The notes: generated from the letters alone by a model not told the origin. 64,000 nucleotides of DNA from Alphaproteobacteria bacterium (GCA_963555825.3 CAUVXB020000002.1:2528001-2592000); one strand, 5' to 3'; positions 20,314-32,237 are shown, numbered from the stretch's first letter. Program-made: numbers and translations.

Positions 20314-20543
20314 AGGTGCTCCGTCACCAACAAGCCGTTGCCCGGCGCATCCTGCGGCCGCTTGACGATCTGCGAACGAGGCCACGTCCAGCATAGGCTG
20401 GTGAGACGGGTGGCAAGGTGAAAACGACGGGAGAGATGCGTCCGGATGGCGGAAAGTTGGGTCATCGGATGTCCGCCGGAGTATTACAGCCTCCTCTGGC
20501 GCCATGTGGTAGGATTCCAATGGATTCAAAGGTTATCTGATAA

Positions 20544-21365
20544 TTGGCGGCCGAAGGGGGCGGCATTTCGTTTACGCCAGACGCCATCGGCCTGATCGTG
20601 GCCGTCTTCATCGCCTCCGCCGTCGAGGTCGTCGAGGCCTTCACCATCGTGCTCGCCATGGGTATGAGCCGGGGCTGGCGTTCGGCGCTGGCGGGCACCG
20701 CGGCCGCGGTCGTCGTGCTGGCGCTGCTCGTCGCGCTCGCCGGCGTCGCGCTGCGCGACTATGTCAACGCGGCCTTCCTGCAATTCATCGTCGGCGCCCT
20801 GCTGCTCGTCTTCGGCCTGCAGTGGCTCAGAAAAGCGATGCTGCGCTCGGCCGGCTTGAAGGCGCTCCATGACGAGGACCTGATCTTCGCCGACGAAGTG
20901 GCGGCGGCCCGCGCCGCCGGCAGCGGTCAATTCTTCGGGCTCGACGCCTTCGGTTTCGTCGTCGCCTTCAAGGGCGTGTTGCTGGAAGGCATCGAGGTCG
21001 TCTTCATCGTCATCACCTTCGGGCTTGGGGCGGCCCACCGCGGCGTCCCCGACGCCATGTTGAGCGCGACGCTCGGCGCCGTGCTCGGCGCGCTGGTCGT
21101 CGTCGTCAGCGGCGTCGTCATCCGGCGCCCGCTGGCGATGGTGCCGGAGAACACGATGAAATACGCCGTCGGCCTGTTGCTCTCGAGCTTCGGCCTGTTC
21201 TGGGTCGTCGAGGGGTTGGGGTTCTTCGGCGCCGGCGGCGAGAGCCTGGCGTGGCCGGGCGGCACCTGGGCCCTGCCGGCGATCCTGCTCGCCTGGCTCG
21301 TCGTCACGCGGGCCACGGTGGCGATTCTGAAGCGCCTCGCACCCAGCCTGGCGGCATCGCCATGA
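20544..21365 (+). CDS. Multi-pass membrane protein, COG4280-like
   Basis: Duplicated acidic motifs VEVVEAFTIVLA and FKGVLLEGIEVVFIVITFG; FGLQWLRKA; VPENTMKY; start uncertain. Confidence 0.75.
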   Translation: MAAEGGGISFTPDAIGLIVAVFIASAVEVVEAFTIVLAMGMSRGWRSALAGTAAAVVVLALLVALAGVALRDYVNAAFLQFIVGALLLVFGLQWLRKAMLRSAGLKALHDEDLIFADEVAAARAAGSGQFFGLDAFGFVVAFKGVLLEGIEVVFIVITFGLGAAHRGVPDAMLSATLGAVLGALVVVVSGVVIRRPLAMVPENTMKYAVGLLLSSFGLFWVVEGLGFFGAGGESLAWPGGTWALPAILLAWLVVTRATVAILKRLAPSLAASP

Positions 21366-21592
21366 GATGGCTCACTGCCCCTCTGAAGTTTATCTATGAT
21401 TTGGTCGTCGGCGACTCCTGGCCGCTCACGGCCGCCGTCGTGCTTATTCTAGGCGTGGGCGTGCTGGTCATGCGACTCGATGCGCTGCTGCCCACCACCC
21501 TCGTCTTAGCCATCGCCGCTGGCCTCCTCCTCGGCTCCCCCCTGACGATCCTGATCGAAGTAAAGAGACACCTGCGGCGCACCTCGGAATGA
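21362..21592 (+). CDS. Small two-TM membrane protein
   Basis: ATGA overlap with upstream gene; MRWLTAPLKFIYDLVVGDSW followed by two hydrophobic helices. Confidence 0.7.
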   Translation: MRWLTAPLKFIYDLVVGDSWPLTAAVVLILGVGVLVMRLDALLPTTLVLAIAAGLLLGSPLTILIEVKRHLRRTSE

Positions 21593-21731
21593 GCACAGAG
21601 CGGATGGCCCGACCTGATCGGAAAAGCCTCTAGCCCGGCCGTTCGACGCGTGTCAGGAAGGCATCCAACGCCAGGGACATGGTCACATAAACTAAGCCAA
21701 ACTACATCACGCGTGAGGGCCGCAATGGGTC

Positions 21732-23417
21732 CAGCCTGTGTGAGAACGTTTGCTGCTATTTCTGTGTGGCGCGTCTTTGGGTTTGGATGATCAGTCGGGA
21801 CGTGTTTTCCGGGATTATGGATTTTCGCCGCTCGTGCGGGCTTTTCGGCCGGCTGGCGCCGTTGTGAGCCGCGATGTGGCCGGGTATAGGCGTAATTGTC
21901 GGCGCAGGGGCGCCTATGCCGTCCTGATCGCCGCGATCAGCGGGTCGATGCCCATGATGTTCATGACGCGCTTGAGATTGTAGGCCAGCACGTGCAAGGC
22001 CATCTCGGTCCTCACCCGCTTCAGCGTCTTCATCTGGAAGTGCGTCGCGCCCATCCAGGCCTTGAGGGTGCCGAAGGGATGCTCGGCCGTCTCGCGCCGC
22101 CGACGCATCGCCTCCGGGTGCTCGTCGAGCCGCCTCTCGACGGCCTCGAGAATGTGTTCGTGCTGCCAACGGGTGATGCGGCGCTGCTTGGCCGTGGTGC
22201 AGCGATGCTTGATGGCGCATCCCTGACAGGCGTTGGTCCAGTAGCGCCGCATGCTCAGCCCCCTCTCCTGGCTGGTGAAGCGGTAGACCAAACGCTCGCC
22301 GGCCGGGCAGCGATAGACATCGTCGGCGGCCAGATAGACGAAGTCCTGTTTGCCGAAGCGGCCCTTGGCCTTGGCTCCAGAGGTCAGCGGCTTAGGCAAT
22401 GTGACGGTGATGCCGGCCTCATCGCAGGCCAGAATCTCCTTGCCGTTGTAGTAGCCGCGATCGGCAACGACATCCAACTCGTCGGTCTCCAGAGCCGCCT
22501 TGGTCCGCTTCGCCATGGCTGAGAGCTGGGCGCGGTCGGTGCCCTGATTGGTCACCTCGTGGGCGACGATCAGGTGGTGCTTGGTGTCGACGGCGGCCTG
22601 AACGTTGTAGCCGACCACGCCGGAACCCCGGCCGCTCGTCGCCATCGAGCGGGCATCGGGATCGCTCAGAGAGATCTGCTGGTCCGGGCTCGCACGCCGC
22701 TCGACTTCAAGCGCCTTCAGGCGCCGCATCTCCTCCTTGAGGATCGCGATCTTGTCGGCCAGACGAGTCGTCTTGGTCGTGCGCGCCAGCGACGGCTCTT
22801 GCCGGTCGGCGCTGTCCAACTGGTCCAGATAGCGCGCAACGCTCTCCTCGATCTGCGCCACCCGCCGCGCCATCTTGGCCCGCGTGAAGTTCCTGTCCCG
22901 GCTGTTGACCGCCTTGAACTTCGAGCCATCGATCGCCACGCTCGCCTCGGCGAACAGCCCGAGTTGCCGGCACAGCGCGACGAACCGAGCGCAGACCTTG
23001 CGGATCGCAGAACCGTTGTCCTTGGCCGAAGTCGGCGATCGTCTTGTGATCCGGCACCAGCCGACCGACCAGCCACATCACTTCGACGTTGCGCCCGGCC
23101 TCCCGTTCGAGCCGCCGGCTCGACTGAACCCGGTTCAGGTAGCCGTAGATGTAAAGTTTCAACATATCCGCGGGATGATAGCTCGGCCGGCCGGTCGCCA
23201 GCGGCTCGACCCGGTCGAACCCGAGGCCGCCAAGATCGAGCTCATCGACGAAGACGTCGATCGCCCGAACCGGGTTATCATCGCCGATCCAGTCTTCCAG
23301 GCGCTCCGGAAACAACGTGCCCTGGCTGCGATCGACACCCTCCACAAAACGCTTCATCAGACCCTCCCGCCAAAGCACGAGAGAATCATAACACCATCGA
23401 CGTTTTCACACAGGCTG
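21732..23417 (-). mobile_element. IS1182-family element, copy 1
   Basis: IRs CAGCCTGTGTGAGAACG / CGTTTTCACACAGGCTG; 4-bp flanking duplication GGTC; near-identical to 51485-53168. Confidence 0.92.
21914..23357 (-). pseudogene. IS1182 transposase, frameshifted
   Basis: +1 base near 23025 (GACTTCGGCCAAG vs GACTTCCGCAAG in the intact copy) splits it into the 22707-23378 and 21914-22939 ORFs. Confidence 0.88.
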
Positions 23418-23587
23418 GGTCATATGCAGACAACGGCGGCATGATCGCGCGGGGCCCGCTTCCGAGCGGTAACCGGATAATCAGTGTGCCCGTCCCCGCA
23501 CCCGACCCGCAATCCATGCTATGTTTGCCGAAAGCGTGGGGAACTCATCCCAGGGACACGTCCGCTCAAATTAATCCCGGTTGGATA

Positions 23588-23770
23588 ATGTACATCACCA
23601 AGCCCAAGCCCAATTTCAGGCAGCGCAAGATGCGCGCTTGCTTAGGGCCGCACTGCAGGGGCAAGAACAAGTTGTTTCTCAGCGATCATCCCGGGCACCG
23701 GCTGTGCCCACGTTGCGCGGCCCAGGTAGAGAGCATCTCGCGCAGTTCAAGCGGGGCGACGGCCGCCTAA
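23588..23770 (+). CDS. Small putative zinc-finger protein
   Basis: MYITKPKPNFRQRKMRACLGPHC..FLSDHPGHRLCPRC: two Cys pairs; followed by a hairpin. Confidence 0.55.
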   Translation: MYITKPKPNFRQRKMRACLGPHCRGKNKLFLSDHPGHRLCPRCAAQVESISRSSSGATAA

Positions 23771-23804
23771 GCCAGCCCTTTCGGTCGGCCGGGTGGCGGG
23801 AATA

Positions 23805-23830
23805 GAAAGGCCCGCCGGGGGCGGGCCTTC
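23805..23830. terminator. Hairpin terminator between convergent small ORF and cspA
   Basis: AAGGCCCGCC-GGG-GGCGGGCCTT stem; T-run follows on the minus strand. Confidence 0.65.
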
Positions 23831-23855
23831 CATGGATTGTCGTCGTGTCGGTGCG

Positions 23856-24065
23856 TCAGTCGATGAGCTTGAGGTTCGCTGCCGCGGACTTGCCGTTCTG
23901 GCCACTCTGCAGTTCGTACTCGACGCGGTTGCCGTCGCTCAGGCCCATGAGCCCGGCGCGTTCGACGGCCGAGATATGGACGAAAGCGTCCTTCGAGCCG
24001 TCATCGGGGCTAATGAAGCCATAGCCCTTGACGGTGTTGAACCATTTCACGGTTCCTTGGGTCAT
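23856..24065 (-). CDS. cspA: Cold-shock protein
   Basis: GTVKWFN..KGYGFI..DAFVHISA..A.NL. Confidence 0.95.
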   Translation of the reverse strand: MTQGTVKWFNTVKGYGFISPDDGSKDAFVHISAVERAGLMGLSDGNRVEYELQSGQNGKSAAANLKLID

Positions 24066-24371
24066 GTAGTCGTTCCTTGGACGTTGTGTTGCAACCGGCC
24101 GCGCCCTTTGCGCGGCCGAGTCTCAGCTCATCGAAATCCTTGGGGTATTGTGGCTAGGTCGGCGTGACGAAGCGGGATACGCCGGGCCTTCGAATACTGA
24201 TGGCGGTCATATAGCGTCGAACTCACAGGAATGCAATGGCGCCTGACGGGCGGTCTATACTGGCGCCCCGGTGTGAGAGCCGGCGACGGAGGTTTGCGAT
24301 GGCCTCCGCAAGGCGGGGCTCGACGTGTGAGCAACACCGGCAAGCTCATCGCGTTGCCAATGTCCGGTTAG

Positions 24372-26321
<1,950 letters not shown>

Positions 26322-26325
<4 letters not shown>

Positions 26326-26732
26326 CGCCGCGACCTCCGCCGCCCCAAAGGGCCGGACGTCTCCGTCTTGGCCTCCAGCAGTTCCACCTGCATGATCAAC
26401 TCCCCGATCCGCTTCATGGCGATGTCCAGTTCCGCCTTCACCGGATCGCCCTTGCGTTCCTTGAGCGAGGCATCGATCCCGGCGATCGCCTTCTCACGCC
26501 ACTGCTCGAGCCGGAAAATCTCCACGCCCAACTGCCGCGACAAAAGTTCCACCGGCTCGCCACGCAAAAGCCGCAGGGCAACCTCACGCTTGCGCGTCAC
26601 CGTCCACCGCTGGCCAAGTCCCAGCGGGCCTGCCGGCGAAACCTGGCCCGGGGAAAACGTGGACGAGCCAAGCTCGCCCTCGTTTACCACAGGCCCATCA
26701 ACAGCAACTTTGTTCTCAAAATTGTCGGTCAT
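26322..26732 (-). CDS. IS OrfA (HTH)
   Basis: RWTVTRKREVALRLLRGEPVELLSRQLGV..KRIGELIMQVELL; RBS AAGGAGG; ATGA overlap with OrfB. Confidence 0.8.
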
Positions 26733-27043
26733 GTTCCGGTCCTCCTTGGACACTTCGATTAAGCCAATTCTGTGTCCAAGGAAATCGGGGCCGACTCACG
26801 AGGAGTTGAAGACGCTGAGGCACGTGCTCTACAACCGGTTCGAATTCTGAACGATTGGGAACCTTATTATGGTGTAAGCCGTGAGGCGCACTCGCTTACG
26901 ACGTTACTATCGGCTTCGTCCTCGCCGGGCAGTACCGCCCACTTTTCGGCAAGATCGCGCCGACTGGTCCAGTCCTCAAGCACTCCGCGATAGCTTCCGT
27001 GGGATAGCGCGCCGCGCTATGTGATCCGCGACCGGGGCAGCGT

Positions 27044-28084
27044 CTAGGGCACGGCGCCCGAGCCGCCCATCCGGTTGTCGATCAACACCTTGTCCATGTC
27101 GCGCATTATGACCTTCATGGTCTCCAGGTAGATGCGCCGCCTGGTGACGTCCTTCTGCTGCAGGTACTCCGCGTAGACCGACAGGAAGCGCTGCGGCTCG
27201 CCGGTGGCGATGGCGATCTTCTGCTCCTTGTAGCCCTCGGCCTCGTTGACGATCTTCTCGGCCTCGCCCTCGGCGCGCGCCACCACCTCGTTCAGGTAGG
27301 CCGTCGCCTCGTTGACCTTGCGCTCCTTGTCGGCGCGCGCCGCCTGGACGTCGCGGAAGGAGTCGAGCACGATGCCCGGCGGGTCGATCTTCTGGAGCTG
27401 CACGTCGGTCACGTCGATGCCGGAGCCGTATTGGTCGAGGATGCGCTGGACCAGCTCCTGCGCCTCGACCTCGATGCGGACGCGCCCCTGGGTGCGCGCG
27501 AACTCGAACCCGGACTTGCCGATGATCTCGCGCAGCGCGCTTTCCGAGGCGTCCTTCACCGTTCGGTCGGGGTTGCGGATGTTGAACAGGTACAGCCCGG
27601 CGTCCTTGATCCGCCAGAAGGTGACGAAGTTGACGTCGATGATGTTTTCGTCGCCGGTCAGCATCAGGCTTTCCCGGGGCACGCTGCGCACCAGTTCCGT
27701 GCGCCGCTCCTCGCCGCCCGAGGAAAAGCCTACTTCGGTGCGGTTGATACGCGTCACCTTCGGTCTCTGCACGTCGCCGATCGGCGTCGGCAGGTTGTAA
27801 TTGAGGCCCGGCTGGGTGGTGCCGACCCATGCGCCGAAGATCAGCGCGACGCCCTGTTCCTCGGGCTGCACCCGGTAGAACCCGGTGGCGAGCCAGCCGA
27901 GCAGCACGACGACGATGATGACCAAGATACCGCGCGCGCCGCCGACGCCGCCGGGGATCAGCCCGCGGACCCGGTCCTGGCCCTTGCGCAGCAGCTCCCC
28001 TAGGTCGGGTGGTTGCGGCCCCCGCGGGCCGCGGCCCCAGGGGCCCTGGCCGCCGCCCGGCCAGCCGCCTTGATTACCCGACAT
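27044..28084 (-). CDS. hflK: FtsH protease modulator HflK (C-terminus slightly short, no hflC)
   Basis: GPWG..PPDL, one TM, ESLMLTGDENIIDV, FRDVQAARAD, VTRRRIYLETM. Confidence 0.88.
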   Translation of the reverse strand: MSGNQGGWPGGGQGPWGRGPRGPQPPDLGELLRKGQDRVRGLIPGGVGGARGILVIIVVVLLGWLATGFYRVQPEEQGVALIFGAWVGTTQPGLNYNLPTPIGDVQRPKVTRINRTEVGFSSGGEERRTELVRSVPRESLMLTGDENIIDVNFVTFWRIKDAGLYLFNIRNPDRTVKDASESALREIIGKSGFEFARTQGRVRIEVEAQELVQRILDQYGSGIDVTDVQLQKIDPPGIVLDSFRDVQAARADKERKVNEATAYLNEVVARAEGEAEKIVNEAEGYKEQKIAIATGEPQRFLSVYAEYLQQKDVTRRRIYLETMKVIMRDMDKVLIDNRMGGSGAVP

Positions 28085-28337
28085 TTCCCATATATTCCCA
28101 GATAACCGTCATATCGACTCCGACAGTACCCAATTTTCACCGGTCATTGGAATCGTTTCACCTCCGCAGCCGTCTGACAGGCAGGTTTTGGTGAATTGAC
28201 CGGTGTTCGCAAGCCCATTTGGTCCAGTTTTTCGTCACCCAGACGCACCTCTCCCGTCAACCGACATGTTCCCAGGCTCCCGTTCAGCATCGTGGTGGTG
28301 GCCTTGGCCGCAGACCATCGATCAGGCGCGGGATTTA
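28085..28337 (-). pseudogene. IS1380-family transposase C-terminal remnant and end sequence
   Basis: 28284-28334 minus encodes IPRLIDGLRPRPPPRC*, resembling IS1380-type transposase C-termini (recalled, not searched). Confidence 0.5.
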
Positions 28338-28998
28338 CCGGTAGGCCAGCACCGATTGCACGGGAGATGTGAGGGTGGGACCGGAGCCCAGAGTTTCCCG
28401 CAGGACTGTGGCGGGGACACTTCGAATTCTTGCCACTCCACGGCGGAGAGTGTAAGGTTCGACCGTAAGGGGTGCATCTCTACTCCCCTTGCCACAACGG
28501 TTTTCAAGAAACGACTCGCCGAGCGAACCGCATGGTCCGCCACGAATCAGCCGAGTGGAACCGTGTCTACGGGGTCTGGTCGCTGAAAGAATAGTCGGGA
28601 AGGGCAATCCCCGGAGGGGCTGCCTTCCCCCGTATTCGCGACATCACCGTTGTGCTTTCACGAAACTGCGGCCGCTCCGGCTCGTTCGTGCGAGCTACGC
28701 TCGATGCGTCGGTGCGTAGCGGTCGCGATCCCGGCACGAGGTGGGTTTGCGGCTCGGACTCACGGATACCAGACGATCCGTTTAGGCATTGGCTTTTTGG
28801 CTGGTGCGAACGGTGGAATATTGTAGGGTGTTCGCTGGCACCACTTTTATGCTGATTTCCACCCAATATCGCTGATGGAAGAATAGATCTAATATAATAT
28901 TCAATTTCGTCGAAGGTTTTTCCAATCATGTGAACTTCTTGTGTGCGGCATTTTAGACTTTTCCGGCGGAGCTCATTGCGTCTGAAGGAATGCGTTTC

Positions 28999-29619
28999 AT
29001 GTCAAGCAATGGAAACACAAAGACAACCACGGCACCCGAAAACTTCGAGGAAAAAGAATTCCTTTTGGGAGAGTACGAGGCACTTCGTGCGGAACAATTA
29101 CACAATTTTCGATCGGTTAATCAATTGCATGCGCTTCAAATAACTGCAACAAGAGCGTTCTTAGGCGTTGCATTTTCCATTACGCCACTAAACTCATATA
29201 TTTTCCTTTTACCAATTTTATTGTTAATTCCTATTGCTTATCGTTTACTAAATTATCCGTTAGCAATACTAAGAATAGGAACATATATTGAGGTGTTTAT
29301 CGAACCGAAATTTGCATCATTTGGATGGGAGCACAGGGTTGAAGATTTTTGAAGTTCAAATAATTTAAATAATAAACCTTTCATATTTCTTAAACTAAAA
29401 CTTGCAGTGCAAGACTATACCATATTAACTTCATGGGTAATAATTGTTATCTGCCCATCATTATCTTATATTTATTGGACAGATGAGTTGTGGTATTTGG
29501 TTGTGATCATTGCTTTGTCAGGGACGACTTTGATCCCGGTAAGTTACCGATTGTCCCGTCTTGGAAAGATCAGATCAGAATTCAAGGAAAGGTGGAATCA
29601 CCTTGGGGAACAAACATGA
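28999..29619 (+). pseudogene. Low-GC ~4-TM membrane protein with one in-frame TGA (29350-29352)
   Basis: The 28990-29352 and 29407-29619 ORFs are in the same frame with no other stop between; EYEALRAE..RIGTYIEVFIEP..GWE. Confidence 0.65.
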
Positions 29620-29776
29620 AAAGAACGTCTCGCTACAAAGTTCCGCTCACAGTTCCCACAGTTCCGCAGACGGTATACCGATCTCGGAGTTTCCCGAGCG
29701 AACCGAGTCATGTTGAGCACGTTGCCAAACGGCACGGTCGCCTTTGAGAAGATAAGTGTACTGTCCCCGAAATTGA

Positions 29777-30184
29777 ATCATCGACGGTTGCGATGGCGAG
29801 ATCGCCCGGCTGAAACATTCCCAGAGCGAGTTCGGCGGCTGGTTCGACGCGGTCCTTGATCGGTATGCCGACGCCGTCCTGTTGTTCGGCCTGATGTGGC
29901 ACGAATTCGCTGCGACCGGCACGACCATATCCGTCGTGTTGGGGTTCGTGGCGATTGTAGGGTCGTTCCTAAACAGCTATACGGCGGACAAGTACGACGG
30001 ACTGATGGCTCGAAGGTTGCGAGGCGCCTCATACTTTCGGCTGGGCCGTGACGTTCGGGTTTTCGTCATCTTCCTTGGCGCCATCTTAAACCAGCCGCTA
30101 TTCACACTGCGTGTCGTTGCATTGGCGATGAATTTGGAAGTGGTTCGAAGGATCGTGATTTACAGGCGCGCTGCAGTGTTTTAG
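29777..30184 (+). pseudogene. 5'-truncated CDP-alcohol phosphotransferase (DIPP-synthase-like C-terminal part)
   Basis: Manual translation IIDGCDGEIARLKHSQSEFGGWFDAVLDRYAD matches the DxxDGxxAR...GxxxDxxxD signature; a TGA lies immediately upstream in frame. Confidence 0.8.
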
Positions 30185-30349
30185 CGGGCGAATGCCTGCT
30201 CTATTCAGCAGGACGCTGCTCAAGCATGACCGCTACGCAGCGTCGCTACAATCGAACCGTCAGCGCGCCGCCAGACCCAACCGAACCCTGTTCAATTTTC
30301 CGAAGGCCTTCACGTGCCCCCAATGTCCTGTGTGGATGGCTCCCGCGTT

Positions 30350-30591
30350 GCAAGGACTTTTTTCGGCGTAGCGACCTAGTCAGGTACAGTCTTGTGTCCG
30401 GCCTGTTGATGCGGTTTTGTTGAACCGCTGGCCCTGATGGTATCCGTGGATCGGGTCCCTATCTGCTTAGCGGGCTCGAACACCCAGGACATTCGTCGGG
30501 TTGTCCCGATCCCCGGTCTGACCGGTTCGCCATCACGTCTCGTCGTCCTTGCAATCGTCGAAAGGCGTTGTGCCTTCGAGAGATCAATTGG
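30350..30591 (-). ncRNA. Putative bridge/seek RNA of the IS1111 element
   Basis: Non-coding region 3' of the recombinase with segments matching target (AATGTCCT; AAGCAG) and donor (CCATC; ACACA), each pair separated by a stem-loop; RNA ends approximate. Confidence 0.65.
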
Positions 30592-31626
30592 TCATGCGGT
30601 CCCCTCAGTTGCGGGTCGGTGAGCGCGGTAGGCCTCGCCACGGGTCATGATGACCCAGGCGATCCGCGCGGCCTTGTTGGCCATGGCCACGGCGACCAGC
30701 TTGTTGGGCTTGCTTACCAGCAAGTTGGTGATCCAGGGGTGAACCTCGGGCTTGCGCCGTGCCGATTGAAGCTGTGATGTCATGCCGATCACCAGCAGAC
30801 GGCGAAGATAGCGGTCCGCCATCTTGGAGATGCGTCCCATGCGATCCTTGCCGGCGCTGGAATCGGCCTTGGGCGTTAGCCCGAGCGAGGCGGCAAACTG
30901 GCGAGCCGATGTGAACCGGTGCGGATCGGTGACCGAGGCCGCCAGCGCCGAGGCGGTGATGTAACCAATCCCCGGAATGGTCGCGAGCCGTTTGGCCAGG
31001 TCGTTGCCGCGGAACCAGGTCTTGATCTCGCCCTCGATCATGGCGACCCGGGCTTGCAACTCGCGGATCTGCTCGGCCAGGGCAATGACGATCTTGCATG
31101 CCAGCGGGGGAATGTCCGGCACCACTCCTTCGACAAGCTGATCGACGAGCCTCAGCGCGTGATGAATGCCTTTGGCCAGCACGATGCCCAACTCGGCCAG
31201 CTGGGACCGGATCATGTTGACCAGCTGGGTGCGCTGGCCGACCAGTAGATCCCGTGTTCGGTGGAGCGCCAGGACCGATTGCTGCTCGGCCGACTTGATC
31301 GCGACGAACCGCATCGTGGGGCGCGTCACCGCCTCGCAGATCGCCTCCGCATCGGCGGCGTCGGTCTTGCCGCGCTTGACGTATGGTTTGACGTAGATCG
31401 GTGGCATCAATTTCACCTCGTGCCCCAATGCCTGGAGCTCGCGGGACCAGAAGTGGCTCGTGCCGCACGCCTCGATACCGATCAGACACGGTTCCAGCTT
31501 GCCGAAGAACGGCATCATCTGGCGCCGGCGCAACGATCGGCGGACGATGACCTTGCCGGTGCTGTCAATGCCGTGGACTTGGAAAACGTTCTTGGCCAGA
31601 TCGAGGCCGACAGTGGTAACTTCCAT
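30592..31626 (-). CDS. IS110 DEDD recombinase/transposase
   Basis: GLDLAK, IEAC, KTDAADAEAI, IPGIG, GLTPKADSSAGK, VAMANKAARIAW. Confidence 0.93.
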   Translation of the reverse strand: MEVTTVGLDLAKNVFQVHGIDSTGKVIVRRSLRRRQMMPFFGKLEPCLIGIEACGTSHFWSRELQALGHEVKLMPPIYVKPYVKRGKTDAADAEAICEAVTRPTMRFVAIKSAEQQSVLALHRTRDLLVGQRTQLVNMIRSQLAELGIVLAKGIHHALRLVDQLVEGVVPDIPPLACKIVIALAEQIRELQARVAMIEGEIKTWFRGNDLAKRLATIPGIGYITASALAASVTDPHRFTSARQFAASLGLTPKADSSAGKDRMGRISKMADRYLRRLLVIGMTSQLQSARRKPEVHPWITNLLVSKPNKLVAVAMANKAARIAWVIMTRGEAYRAHRPATEGTA

Positions 31627-31721
31627 GGCGGATAGCTCCTCTTGCTCGTGGTTGATAACAACCACCACTTTGGCATCTCGGTGCCGGGAGCGGGAGCCAT
31701 CCACCCCATCTGCTTCGGGTT

Positions 31722-31882
31722 CAGACTGTGTAAAAACGTCATTCAATTCAGTTTTTCGAGTAAATCTGCTTGATCCCTGAAGATTGCAGCCTGCTAAGTA
31801 ATTGGTTTCATAAACACTGAAAATTCAACGAATGGGCTGAGATCACATTTCGAGCGATTCTCCGACGTTTTTACACAGCCTG
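31722..31882. mobile_element. 161-bp MITE with IS1182-type ends
   Basis: IRs CAGACTGTGTAAAAACGTC / GACGTTTTTACACAGCCTG (18/19); left IR identical to the IS1182 end at 51485; flanks GGTT/GGTC; AT-rich interior. Confidence 0.85.
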
Positions 31883-32051
31883 GGTCAGGAGCAAACATTG
31901 CCGGCGTAGGCGCGCGGCGTCCGCTTTGTCGCGGGAAGCAGACATTAGTGGTCAACATTGGGATTTCCTCGCCGGCGGGGTCCGCTTCCGAGCAGACAGC
32001 GGACGTCGCAGGGCAAAGCTGTCGACGCCGGCTTTTGCCATGAACGGACCC
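31883..32051. repeat. Cluster of GTCCGC-N-GCGGAC hairpin repeats at island right edge
   Basis: ggtcaggagcaaacatt, cgtccgctttgtcgcgggaagcagacatt, gggtccgcttccgagcagacagcggacgt, cggcttttgccatgaacggacc. Confidence 0.7.
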
Positions 32052-32237
32052 AAGGGCGAGTAATGCGGCGCCAATGCTTATCGGAACTCGGCCGATCGAG
32101 ACGAGCCCCCGCGGACAACCGACAAATCACAAACTGAACGCCCTCCCCGGGGCGATATGTACACGGGTCGTCACGTTGCACTTACTTCAAAGAATAGACC
32201 GCGACTGACGGTAACGTCGACCGTGCGGGGCGGGCCG

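Larger units (their letters stand above)
30328..31711 (-). mobile_element. IS110-family element, IS1111 subgroup
   Basis: Perfect 15-bp subterminal IRs GTGGATGGCTCCCGC (30332-30346) / GCGGGAGCCATCCAC (31690-31704); CT at both junctions; long 3' non-coding region. Confidence 0.9.

Noticed and set aside
20097-20465. 122-aa ORF ending like DMFase
   Set aside because: Only the last ~19 codons come from the direct repeat; the rest crosses non-coding hairpin repeats
23020-23035. Programmed frameshift in IS1182 copy 1
   Set aside because: No slippery motif; copy 2 is a single ORF, so this is a mutation or sequencing error
28567-28929. 120-aa minus-strand ORF
   Set aside because: Only the first ~25 codons look coding; no recognisable family
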